Assembly: GCA_043228905.1 (NCBI GenBank)
Contig: JBHGNT010000003.1
Location: 10,168,001-10,232,000, forward strand
Direction: 5' to 3'
DNA from: Azolla caroliniana
Lineage: Eukaryota > Plantae > Polypodiophyta
Length of the DNA stretch: 64,000 nt
Numbering within the stretch: position 1 is the stretch's first letter; each line of letters starts with the position of its first letter. Positions 23,666 to 35,329 of this stretch are shown here, in pieces. Under the pieces are notes generated by a model. The model saw nothing but the letters and a program-made list of their open reading frames with translations, was not told the origin of the DNA and ran no database searches. The translations under genes were made by a program, and so were the position numbers.

Positions 23666-26600
23666 CTTTCCATTGCAAGAGTGCAATGTTTTAAAGAGGG
23701 GGAGTATGTTACGGGCATGACCATTTAATATCCCGTGGTGAGAATTTACCGTAGTATTCTATACATGTGGATAAGTGTGAGGGTTAAACGAGAGTGTAAA
23801 GAAGGGGAGGATTACTTTTAATCCTCGGGATTGAGACAACCCATTAGGTCAAGTGTGAACTTGCCTGGGGGCCTTGGGTATCGCTATAAATAAGAGGCCT
23901 AGCTACCCTCATTTGATCATCTTTTGACTACATCGAGACTCTGCTCTTGTGGTGGGTCAACTCTTGTAGCGAGCGCGCCAGCACCAGGTACGACTTGACG
24001 CCACGGCGGTGGTATGGGACGCCGATCGAGGCTCGAGTCCGTCTCGATCCCTTCGCTCGGGGGTGGTCGGGTGGATCGGCACCCTTCTTTCTCTTTCTCC
24101 TTTCTATCTATCATTTCTTTATCCTAATAGTGTCGGCATGAGAATTCTCATCAAATTCCTGCCTTTCGGAGGTATGTCGTAAACTCATCCAAGAAATACT
24201 CTTTGCCTCCATCCGATCGAAGGCATCGAACATGCCGACTTGTGGCTTTTTCAACTTCGTTTTTAAACCTTTGGAAGTGTCTGAACACTTCACTTTTCTA
24301 CCGCATCGGATAGATCCAGACATGCCTCGTGAAATCGTCAATGAACGAGACATAATATCGGCATCTGCCAAATGTGGTTGTCTATGCTGGGCCCCATATA
24401 TCTGAATGTACGAAATCCAAGATCCCTTTGCTCACATTCCTTCCTTTTGGGAATGGTTTTCGGTGTTGTTTGGTGAATTGGCAGGCTTCACATACACTCG
24501 TAATCTCCTTCGCGGTAAATGTCGGAAGTCCGATTGCGACTCCTTTTGATTACATCCTTTTAAGCTTTTGGAGATTAATGTGACTGATTCGCTTGTGCCA
24601 CAATTTCAAGTCCATTTTGACTTTGATGTCTTTTGCAAACATGGTGGACTTTACCTCGCTCGACTTTAGAATGAACATTCGACCTTCTCGACGACCATGC
24701 CCTATGATTTGATCGTCTTTTTCAATGAAGCACCCTTCATTATTGAACCACACTTGTATGCCTTGTTTTACTATTTGGCCGACTAAGACCAGATTTTTTG
24801 TGATGGTTGGGACATGCAAGACATTTTTGAGGTAGGTTTGTTTGCCATTTATCCCGAATGGGAAATTTCCGATATGCCGAATCAAGTGAGTCAAGGTGTC
24901 ATCTCCATTTTCGACATAGTCGGCCTGATCGGGCTTTCATAACAAACCATACATTATCCGAAGGAGAAGTGGTTGTCTCACCTTGTGTCGACATTGAATG
25001 CGTTTTGTGTCTCATCATGAACATTCCACCACGATCGTCGTAATCAGAATTCGAAGCATAATTAGTGAGTTGTCATCTAGCCAAAGCCGATTCTCATTGC
25101 TTCTTTCGGCACTCCTCTTCGTAGTGGCCAAGTTTTCCACAATACCCACATTCAATCGGGTTATTACGATGGCTCAGTCTGGCACGATGGCTCCCCCTTC
25201 TACCGAACTCTCTATGATTGCTCCTACCATCTTGCCATTGGTAGGAGTTGCGTTCTCAGGTCGGCTGACTCTGTCGACCTCGGCCGAATGCTCTTCTATT
25301 ATCCGACTGGGAGTAGAGCATCTGACCATCGGATGCATTGATCCTTTGTTAGGCACCATTTTCTTCCACCAATAGTATCGACTGAAGGTCGAAAAAGGAA
25401 GGTGGATTCTCCCTTGCGAGAAGGGCCGATCTAATCGTGCCGAATTGAAGTGCCAAGCCGGAGACATATTTGCACCATCTCGTCATTGTCGATGACAATG
25501 TTGATCGATCCAAGGGCATTGCACAGCTCCTTGATCTTCAAGGTATAGTTGGTGATTGATATATCCCTTTGTTGCATGTTATTCAACTCCTATCAGAGTT
25601 GGAGCTTTCGTGCAGGCATATTTGCCGCAAAATTCTTCTTGAGATTGCGCCAAGATTCTTTCGGCTTTTTCAACTCTCGAATATAGCCGAGCATGTGATC
25701 ATGAACGCATGATGCGAGACAATACAACACACAACTTGCGGCCTGCTCCCACGCTGGGTAGTCAGCGTGTGTTGGGTTGGGTTGCGTTTCATAAGCTCCT
25801 TCAATATAGCTCCAATAACCTTGTCTGACAAGGTATTGATGAATCTTGTATTCCCGAGATGCAAAGTTTGTCTTGTTGAGCTTGTCCATAGGAAGAGCGC
25901 TTCCATCTGAGTATTCATGATGTTGATTTCTTTCTCTGTTACTTGAACTAGTTTTGATGATCGTTGGTGTCGTGATCACAACACAGTTGAGGGAGTTTGA
26001 TAAGATAACCACATGCTCTAATACCATGTAAAGAAGGTGAGACGTAGGTGGTGCTATGCAACGGAAGCAAACTCTGGGTGTGTGTGTGAGTACATGTAAG
26101 GCAAGATAGAGAGATAGATAGATAGATAGATTATATTATCGTCTTCGCAGGTCAAATATGACCTATGAGACCAAAAATATTACATTTCACGTGATACGTG
26201 TGAAGGTGAGTAGCGACTCTTGATGTTCACATCGTGGTTGCAATGAATATTGCAATCGAGAGTGCATATCGTGGTTGTGACAGAAATTCGTGCAAGGATT
26301 GGGCTCGATCGAAGAGATGTGGAAAGCATGGTCGAATATGATCGAAGGCAGAGCATTGTATCAAAGTGTGATACTTAGACTCTCGAACTTGTTTAGGGCA
26401 AAGAGAGAGAGAGAGAGAGAGACACAGAGAGAGACACAGAGAGCTTGAACGAGAAGTTGTATTAGTAAAAAATAGAATTACATCCAACAGTAACTAAGTT
26501 ATAAAAGGTTGGTTTAAATACCAACTGATCTAGGGCAATTTCCCTTTCTACAAATTACAAAACTAGCCTAGTATGATGTCCAATAGCTAGTGTAAACACT

Positions 26601-26674
26601 ATCTCTAAGGGAAGTTGAGTTCGATTCTCAACAACTTCTAAAGATAGTAGCAAAATCTATGTACTACTTAAGTA

Positions 26675-26747
26675 GTGCTCGTGGCCTAATGGATAAGGCA
26701 CTTTATTTCTAATAAAGGGATTGTGTGTTCGAATCCAGCCGGGTGGG
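26675..26747 (+). pseudogene. tRNA-Arg(UCU) pseudogene, copy 1
   Basis: GTGGCCTAATGGATAAGGC, anticodon loop TTTCTAA, GTTCGAATCC. Mismatched stems. Confidence 0.75.
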
Positions 26748-26982
26748 AGTGCCTCATATATCATTTTTAAATTGCATTGCACTATGTATTGTTTCTAGAT
26801 TTCCATGCATGAGTTTCCCTCACAATCGTAATGTGCACTCTCGATTGCAACATACATTGGAGAAGTTATTCCATATCAAGGGTTAGTACTCACTTACTTT
26901 CACATATATTTTGTGAAATGTTATATTTTTTGTCTCATTTGTCAGATTTGAGTTCTAAAGATGGTATACATTTATTTGTCTA

Positions 26983-27055
26983 TCCCACGTGGCCTACTGG
27001 ATAAGGCACTTGACTTCTAATCAAGGGATTGCGACTTCGAGTCCCAGAGGGCGTG
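26983..27055 (+). pseudogene. tRNA-Arg(UCU) pseudogene, copy 2
   Basis: Anticodon arm CTTGA-CTTCTAA-TCAAG is intact, while the T stem and acceptor stem are disrupted. Confidence 0.75.
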
Positions 27056-27302
27056 AGGGCCTCATATATCATTTCTAACTTGGATTGTACTAGGCATTGT
27101 TTGTAGGTGTTTGACCTTGAATTTTCTTGATAGTCATAATGTGCACTTGTGATTGCAAGATTCATTGGAAAATTTATTAAATATTGAGGGTCAATCTCCC
27201 TTACTTTCACATATATTTTGTAAAATGTAATATTTTTTGTCTCATTTGTCATATTTAATTTCTAAAGATAGTAGCAAAATCTATCTATGTACTTGTTAAG
27301 TA

Positions 27303-27375
27303 GTGCTCATGGCGTAATGGATAAGGCAATTGACTTCTTATCAAGAAATTGTGGGTTTGAGTCCCACCAAGCATG
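27303..27375 (+). pseudogene. tRNA-Arg(UCU) pseudogene, copy 3
   Basis: TGGCGTAATGGATAAGGC...TTGACTTCTTATCAA...GTGGGTTTGAGTCCCAC. Confidence 0.75.
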
Positions 27376-27498
27376 AGTGCCTATCATTTCTAGCTTGGAT
27401 TGTACCATGTATTGTGTCTAGATTTCTTGGCATGAGTTTCCTTCATAGTTGTAATGTCCACTCTCTATCGTGTTGGAAAACTTAATGAACACCAAGGG

Positions 27499-27571
27499 TT
27501 GCTCATGGCGTAACGGATAAGGCAATTGACTTCTAATCAAGAAATTGTGGGTTTGAGTCCCACCAAGCATG
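27499..27571 (+). pseudogene. tRNA-Arg(UCU) pseudogene, copy 4
   Basis: Near-identical to copy 3 (196-bp recent duplication), with anticodon loop CTTCTAA. Confidence 0.75.
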
Positions 27572-27806
27572 AGTGCCTATCATTTCTAGCTTGGATTGTA
27601 CCATGTATTGTGTCTAGATTTCTTGGCTTGAGTTTCCTTCATAGTTGTAATTTCCACTCTCTATCGTGTTGGAAAACTTAATGAACATCGAGGGCTGATA
27701 CTCAATTTCACATGTATTTTGTGAAATGTAATATTTTTGGTCTTTGTCATATTTTAGTTCTAAGATAGTACTCGAATTTATCTTTTTCATTATTATATTG
27801 TAAGTA

Positions 27807-27879
27807 GTGCTTATGGCTTAGTTGATTAGGCACTTGACTTCTAACTAGGGGATTTTGGGTTCAAGTTCCGTTGAGCATG
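27807..27879 (+). pseudogene. tRNA-Arg(UCU) pseudogene, copy 5 (most decayed)
   Basis: TGGCTTAGTTGATTAGGCACTTGACTTCTAA...GGGTTCAAGTTCC. Confidence 0.65.
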
Positions 27880-28208
27880 AGTGACTCATTTATCACTTCG
27901 AACTTGCATTTTATCATGTATTATTTTCACCATTCCTTGGACGAATTTGATCGCAAGCATAATGTGCACTCTTGATTTTAATACTCTTTATTAAAGATTT
28001 TAAACATTGAGAGTTGGTATTCACTTTCATATCTATTTCATATGTATGACATGAAATGTATTTTTCTTTATCTCATATGTCATATTTGACCTCCGAAGAC
28101 AATAATAGGATCATACATAGACTGAGATACATATTCGCATTCGTGGGGTTCCCAAACTGTAAAAGGAAAAAAGAGTTCATAAACTCCCTCCTTTTTAGTT
28201 TCTTAGAT

Positions 28209-28683
28209 TGTTACGGGCATGACCATATAATATCCTGTGGTGAGAATTTACCGTAGTATTCTAGATACGTGGATACCTGTGAGGGTTAAATGAGAGTGTA
28301 CAAAAGGGGAGGATTACTTTTAATCCTCGGGATTGAGACAACCCGTTAGGCGAAGTGTGAACTTGCCTGGGGGCCTTGGGTGGGTATCGCTATAAATATG
28401 AGGCCTAACTACCCTCATTTCATCATATCTTGGTTACGTCGAGACTCTGTTTCGTGGTGGGTCAACTCTTGTAGCGAGCGCGCCAGCACCAGGTACAACT
28501 CGACGCCACGACGATGGTATGGGAGGCCGATCGAGGCTCGAGCCCGTCTTGATACCTTCGTTCGAGAGTGGTTGTGTGGATCGGCACCCTTCTTTACACT
28601 CTCATTTAACCCTCACACTTATCCACGTGTATAGAATACTACGGTAAATTGTCACCGCGGGATATTATATGGTCATGCCCGTA
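28209..28683. mobile_element. Element-B family LTR turned into a fold-back with about 95-bp inverted arms
   Basis: 28209-28595 matches the LTR starting at 20740, and about 28588-28683 is the reverse complement of about 28212-28308. Confidence 0.9.
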
Positions 28684-28750
28684 GATATAGAAAAGGGAAC
28701 TTCACAATAAAAAGGGGACAATAAAAAAGGAATTTGACACTAGTAAACAT

Positions 28751-29655
28751 TTATATTAAATGTAAAAGTATTCGTTTTATTTTTAATAAATAAATAAAAT
28801 AAAATAAAGGACTATTAATTCCCCACTTTTTATTCTCTTAAATTTGGTGAATGTTTTTATCTGAAATTAAAAAGGAGACCTCACAGTAATCATATTTCTA
28901 TTATATTAAATGTAAAAGTATTCGTTTTATTTTTAATAAATAAATAAAATAAAATAAAGGACTATTAATTCCCCACTTTTTATTCTCTTAAATTTGGTGA
29001 ATGTTTTTATCTGAAATTAAAAAGGAGACCTCACAGTAATCATATTTCTATTATATTAAATGTAAAAGTATTCGTTTTATTTTTAATAAATAAATAAAAT
29101 AAAATAAAGGACTATTAATTCCCCACTTTTTATTCTCTTAAATTTGGTGAATGTTTTTATCTGAAATTAAAAAGGAGACCTCACAGTAATCATATTTCTA
29201 TTATATTAAATGTAAAAGTATTCGTTTTATTTTTAATAAATAAATAAAATAAAATAAAGGACTATTAATTCCCCACTTTTTATTCTCTTAAATTTGGTGA
29301 ATGTTTTTATCTGAAATTAAAAAGGAGACCTCACAGTAATCATATTTCTATTATATTAAATGTAAAAGTATTCGTTTTATTTTTAGTAAATAAATAAAAT
29401 AAAATAAAGGACTATTAATTCCCCACTTTTTATTCTCTTAAATTTGGTGAATGTTTTTATCTGAAATTAAAAAGGAGACCTCACAGTAATCATATTTCTA
29501 TTATATTAAATGTAAAAGTATTCGTTTTATTTTTAATAAATAAATAAAATAAAATAAAGGACTATTAATTCCCCACTTTTTATTCTCTTAAATTTGGTGA
29601 ATGTTTTTATCTGAAATTAAAAAGGAGACCTCACAGTAATCATATTTCTATTATA
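28751..29655. repeat. Tandem satellite, 6 x 150 bp, AT-rich
   Basis: Units start at 28751, 28901, 29051, 29201, 29351 and 29501. Only one substitution was seen (29386). Confidence 0.95.
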
Positions 29656-29919
29656 AATATAAAAATATTCATTTTTTAAAATAATAAATAAATAAATAAA
29701 ATAAAGGTTCATAAACTCCCCCTTTTTTTACTTGACACTATAAAAGAGACTTAATACTAATCATACTTTTATAATGTATTAATGCATTATTTATTTAATT
29801 TTTTAATTTTTTAATTTTTTAATTTTTTAATTTAAAAAAATGAATTTAATTTTTTATATTTATTTTGCATAATGGTTTTATAATATTCTTAGGGCTATTT
29901 CATATTCTTGAATATTGCA

Positions 29920-31552
29920 GTTGGAGAATATCATGAATATCACATATGTGTCAATCTAGGAATAGAATCTCTCTTCTCTATTGACAAACTATTCTGTTCA
30001 TCTCCGGATAACCGAATGAGTGACGGTTCATCAGCATCCACATCTAATTGTTTACATGGTATCAGAGTGTGAGGGTTGAAAAGAACCTTCCGCATTCGAT
30101 GTAGCCTGCTAATGCAAGTTTTTAAGAGGGCTCCGAAAAACAAAGAACAGAAACATGAACAAATGCATGGGTTGTGCTCTTCCGATAGAGAAGTTGGACA
30201 GAACTAACTACGCATCTTGGGAATACAAGATGCACCAGTACCTACTCAGGCATGGCTACTGAATTTACATCTAGGGAGAAAACGAACTAGCGCTAGGATT
30301 GACACACAAGGATTTTCTGGTTTGGGAACAAGGAGCAGGTAGAGTCTTCTACTGCCTTGCATCTTGTCTGCACGATCAAATGTTGGGCTATATTCGGGAT
30401 GCAAAAACGCCGGAGGCATGGGAAAATCTAAAGAAGATTTTCACAGAAAGTACCATGACTCGGAAGCTGCAACTTCCCCAAGAGTTCAACAATATCCCAT
30501 AGAAGGATATGTCGGTGACCAACTACACCACCAAGATCAAGGAGATCTAGGATGCCTTGGGGTCCAACAATGTGTCGATGGACAAGGAAGAGATGGTACA
30601 GATCTTCCTTGGTGGTCTAGCTCCTAGGTACGAGGGAGAAACCATTGTCGTTCTTCGACTTGCAATCGATGCTTATGGTCGAAGAGAACCACATAAGTGC
30701 ATCAAGGAGCATGTAGCAAGATAACAAGATGTTGTACATGAAGTCGGATAGGCTTCCTGGTCATGGAGAATGTGGTGGATCAACATGCTATGGTGTCGGC
30801 TGACAAGAGTAGAACCAGAAGCACAGAGGAAGTGCCGACAACAATGGACCCTCCACAAGCAAGGGGAGTCAGGGTGGTGCCGGAGGCAGGCAAAAGAAAA
30901 ACACTGACTGTTGGTATTGCGCCTGGAAAGGCCACAAAGAAAGCGAGTGTTGGAAGAAGAAGGCCAATCCGAAAAAATCCGGATAAAGCAGAGTTGAACA
31001 GGGAAATCGGTAGCGATTGCACTTCACTCAAGGCTCGAACCAAGCTCGAACAACTCTTGCATTTATAATGAAGCATAAGGCCAACTTAATGAAGATGAGC
31101 ACCTCAAAACTGAACAAGGTGTGGTATTTTGATTCCGGAGCTTCGAATCACATGATGAGCCATGAGGAGTGGTTCTCACACCTTGATAAACCAGAACAAC
31201 CGGGAGTTTTCGAAACCGGTGACGATTCCTAACATCCCATTCAGAATGTCAGTGACGTACCCTTGAACCATGTCCACCAAAAAGGGAGACTTATGAATGT
31301 CTTCAATGTTCGGACGATCGCCAAAAATTTGGTGTCGGTCGATGTCATAGACATATGGCACGGGGTGGAAGGCAGGGATTGAACCCAAAACCTTGATAAA
31401 CCAGAACAACCGGGAGTTTTCGAAACCGGTGACGATTCCTAACATCCCATTCAGAATGTCAGTGACGTACCCTTGAACCATGTCCACCAAAAAGGGAGAC
31501 TTATGAATGTCTTCAATGTTCGGACGATCGCCAAAAATTTGGTGTCGGTCGA
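29920..31552 (+). mobile_element. Decayed, 3'-truncated Copia element L (LTR end, PBS, gag, protease)
   Basis: TTTACA|TGGTATCAGAG at 30051-30067, EKLDRTNYASWEYKMHQYL and [11 protein letters not shown]. Interrupted by element C. Left boundary approximate. Confidence 0.85.
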
Positions 31553-31600
31553 TGTCATAGACATATGGCACGGGGTGGAAGGCAGGGATTGAACCCAAAA
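31181..31600. repeat. Perfect 210-bp tandem duplication spanning the L/C insertion junction
   Basis: 31181-31390 equals 31391-31600, so the LTR start TGTCATAGAC occurs at both 31343 and 31553. Confidence 0.92.
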
Positions 31601-34600
31601 CCTCCTGGTTTCCATTGAGCAATCCTACCCACTAAGCTACATATGCATTCTTGTATAATATTTAACTTCATGAATTGTAGATTGAAACTTGGAAGTTTCC
31701 TAGCTTGCATGCATTCTCTATTCCTAGCGTGCACGCATCCTCATGCATACTCTATTTCTAGCTAGCATACATAGACCTACCTTCTTGTATAAATACTCAG
31801 GTGCGCCTTGATTCTAATCAAGGTGAACAACACCAGTTACAGAATCATAATTTTGAGTTCTTGTTCTTTTTCCTCTCTCCTAGTTCTTAGTCTTGTCTTC
31901 GCTCCGCTCCATTATACTTGTCCGTGACTATTTGTTCACCTTCCTCTTTGTGCTACCATGTCCGACTCCGTCAACAACCTAAACCAAGTCATGACAGCCT
32001 TGCAACAACTTTAGCTAGAGAATGAAATCCTTCGGGAATCATTACGAGACCTGGAATCCGGAACTTTAAGAAATCCCCCACCCGCCAAGTCACAAATGTT
32101 GTCGGCACCTAGCCCGACCACGTCCTCTTTCCATCCATATTTCCTCGAACCAACCATCAGCCTATCAGACAAATTCAATGGCATGACGGTGTATCTTCAC
32201 ACCTTCATCAATCAAATTCAACTTATCATCCGGTTATAGCCGCAACGGTATGCTAACACCTTTTCTCGGGTCGGCCTTGTTGACACTGTTCTCTCCGGAC
32301 TAGCCCAAGCGTGGTTTGTGCCCTTGGTTGAGATCTCATCCCCTTTCTTAGAAAACTTCATTGCTTTCATTGATGAGCTCGAAGATACATTCGGCGAGAA
32401 AGACTGGCGACGAACAACAGTCATGAAGCTTATTCTTGCCAACAAGACTCACGTCCAACCTCTGTCTACGCTTTAGAGTTCCGTTAGATTGCCTGCGATG
32501 TCAGTTGGTTCTTCAAGTCGGGTCCCACCATGAAGTACTCACAATCTACCTCATCGCACCCTTCCCCCCCCATCCGATTGTTTTGGGGCTATCTTGGTTG
32601 GAGACACACAATCTGACGGTGGATTGGTGCAACCGCTCCGTCAATTCCGGCTGGGTCACTACACTATATTGATTCCATTGCGTCCGAGTCCGGCTTGGTT
32701 GCTACCTTGGTCGTATTGTCGCAGGACTTCTCCGTTCCTGTCAAGAATTTGCCTGCACGATATAGCAACTTTGCAAACATATTCGAAAAGCGAAATGCCG
32801 ATTGGTTCCCGGCTCATCGCCCCTACGATTGCCCAATCGAACTTCAAGCTGGCGAGCATCCACCATTCGGTCCTATCTATGGGCTATCTAAACCCGAACT
32901 TGAGGCTCAACCCTAAACCCTAAACCCTAAACCCTGCACGATATAGGAACTTTGCAGACATATTCGAGAAGCGAAATGCCGATTGGTTCCCGGCTCATCG
33001 CCCCTACAATTGCCCAATTGAACTTCAAGCTGGCGAGCATCCACCATTCGGTCCTATCTATGGGCTATCTAAACCCGAACTTGAGGCTCAACCTTGCGAA
33101 GGGCTTCATGCAACCCTCCGAATCACCGGTCGGGACACCAATCTTATTTGTCAAAAAGAAGGATGGCTCCTTACGCGTAAGTGTGGATTATCGGGGTCTC
33201 AACAAAGTTACGGTGTGTAATCGTTATCCCTTGCCCTTAATTTCAGCACTCCTCGATCGACTCCGAACTAGGTGTATCTTCTCCAAAATACCTTTGGGGA
33301 GCCTACAATTTGGTGCGCATCAAGCCTGGGGACGAGTGGAAAATGGCCTTTCGGACGCACTATGGACATTTCAAGTACACGGTGATGCCATTTGGTCTTA
33401 CCAATGCTCCGACAGTCTTCCAACCTAGGATGAATGATATATTTCGAGAGTACCTTGATTACTTCATGGTAATTTACCTTGATGACATCCTCGTGTTTTC
33501 TTCTAACTTAGAGGAGCACACACACCACGTCCAACTAGTTCTCACCAAACTTTAGGAATATGGGCTTTACACCAAAAGTGAGAAATACGAATTTGATCGG
33601 ACCTCTGTTGAATTCCTGGATTACACGATCTCACCCACCGGCATCACAATGGATGAGTGCAAGGTAGCGGTTATAATTGATTAGCCTCTCATGACTCGGC
33701 TGAAAGAGGTAACAATCATTTCTTAGTTTTGCAAATTTCTATCGTTGAATGATTTATAGACATCTTTTCTTCCCTAGTGCAACCTCTCATCCAATTCACT
33801 CGAAAAGATACTCCATTTCTCTGGACCCCCCCCCCCCCCCCCCCCACACACACACACAATGCTTTTGATGCCCTCAAAGTAGCTTTTCTCTCCACCCCAG
33901 TGTTGGTCCACCCCGACCCCATCCGACCCTTCTAGGTTGAATCCAATGCCTTCGATTTTGCCATTGGCGCGGTCCTATCCTAGCCCGATGACGATGACAC
34001 CCTATATCTTATCGCCTTTTATTCCTAGAGGTTTACAACCCTCGGAAATCAATTATCCGATCTATGCGTCGAACTCTACAAACATTCGGAACTTCTGTGA
34101 ACTTGTCAACAACGTATCACCCTCAAACTGATTGTCAAACCGAAAGAGTAAACCAAATCCTCAAACAATACCTTCGCTGTACAGTCAGCTACCAACATGA
34201 AGATTGGGTGGATTTCCTTGCCATGGAGGAATTTGCCTACAATAATAGTATCCATGCGTCAACTAAGGTTTCCCCATTCTTTGTAAACTATGGTTTCCAT
34301 CCTCCTTTCAACATTTCCATTCCTGTAATTTCCATCAATCTATGTTGAGATGCGTGCCCGATACAAAATGTTCATTGCAACCTCTCCCTTGAGCTCCATG
34401 TTGTTGGAAAATAGTATAAGGATCACACTGACCTTCATCGCTTGGCCGCACTACCTTTCGAAGTCGGTGACATGGTTTCGCCGCAACATTGCCACATCGT
34501 CACCACCCGTCCTGCACGAAGCTAGACTACAGACAACTTTGCCATTTCCGTATCATCGAGCGAATCAACCGGGTCGCCTTCTGGTTAGCGCTTTCCCCAA

Positions 34601-35257
34601 CATTTAGAATTCACAATGTTTTCCACGTCTCTCTCCTCGAACTCTACCATCCTTCCTGGATTCCGGGACACCAACTTCCTCCACTGCCACTCGTGGAATT
34701 ATCGACAAGGGAGGAGTACAAAGTTGACCGGATCCTCGATTCCCGCTTGCGTCAACGACAACTTCAATATTTGGTCTTATGGAAACGTTGCGCCATTTCA
34801 GACACCACATGGGAACCAACTTCACATTTACAAAATGCTCCAGACGCCATTCAAGCTTTTCATCAACGGTACCCTCAGAAGCCGGCCTTAAAGGGAAGAT
34901 AATGTCATAGACATATGCTACAGTAGAAGGCAAAGATTGACCCCAAGACCTCCTAGTCTCCATTGGGCAATCCTACACACTAAGCTACATATGCATTGTT
35001 GTATAAAATCTAACTTCACATATTGTAGATTGAAACTTGGAAGTTTCCTAGCTTGCATGCATCCTCTATTCCTAGCTTGCATACATTCTCATGCATTCTC
35101 TATTCCTAGCGTGCACGCATCCTCATGGATACTCTATTTCTAGCTGCATACATAGCCCTACCTTCTTGTGTAAATACTCAGGTGCATCTTGATTCTAATC
35201 AAGGTGAACAACACCAGTTACGTACTAATCATAAGTTTGAGTTCTTGTTCTTTTCCC
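31553..35257 (+). mobile_element. Decayed Tcn1-like chromovirus C with internal deletions
   Basis: LTRs at 31553-~31929 and 34903-~35257 (truncated), PPT before 34903, gag ATG at 31958, RT (IYLDDILVF), integrase remnants and chromodomain EYKVDRILDSR...YLVLWK...TWEP. Confidence 0.88.
32909..32935. repeat. Interstitial telomeric repeat (CCCTAAA)3 between two copies of a 161-bp duplication
   Basis: AACCCTAAACCCTAAACCCTAAACCCT separates the copies at 32752-32912 and 32933-33093. Confidence 0.88.
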
Positions 35258-35329
35258 GGGGGCTTCACTGTCAGAACTTGTATGATAGCACGTGAGTTCA
35301 TCAAAAGGGGTTTAAATTAGCCATTCAGG

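Larger units (their letters stand above)
20740..24129 (+). mobile_element. Non-autonomous gag-only LTR retrotransposon B (TR-GAG-like)
   Basis: Near-identical LTRs at 20740-21194 and 23707-24129, TSD GTGTC, Met-i PBS TGGTATCAGA at 21197, PPT AAAGAGGGGGAGTA ending at 23706, and no pol. Confidence 0.92.
9181..26135 (-). mobile_element. Decayed Ty1/Copia element K, in pieces 9181-9878, 20274-20734 and 24135-26135, split by insertions A and B
   Basis: Met-i PBS TGGTATTAGAGC at 26026-26015 next to an LTR end at 26027. Gag (DKLNKTNFASREYK), GAG-pre-integrase (LWHKRISHIN), integrase and RT start are colinear across the insertions. Confidence 0.85.
26640..28090 (+). repeat. Tandem array of five tRNA-Arg(UCU)-headed units (about 310 bp, one shortened)
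   Basis: tRNA-like heads at 26675, 26983, 27303, 27499 and 27807, each followed by homologous downstream sequence (TATCATTT..., AATGTGCACT...). Confidence 0.88.

Noticed and set aside
26675-27879. Functional tRNA-Arg genes
   Set aside because: Every copy has broken acceptor or T stems or a mutated TTC motif, so they are listed as pseudogenes.
33826-33858. Poly-C run followed by (CA)n in element C
   Set aside because: Simple slippage expansion in a dead element, and the run length may be a sequencing artefact.
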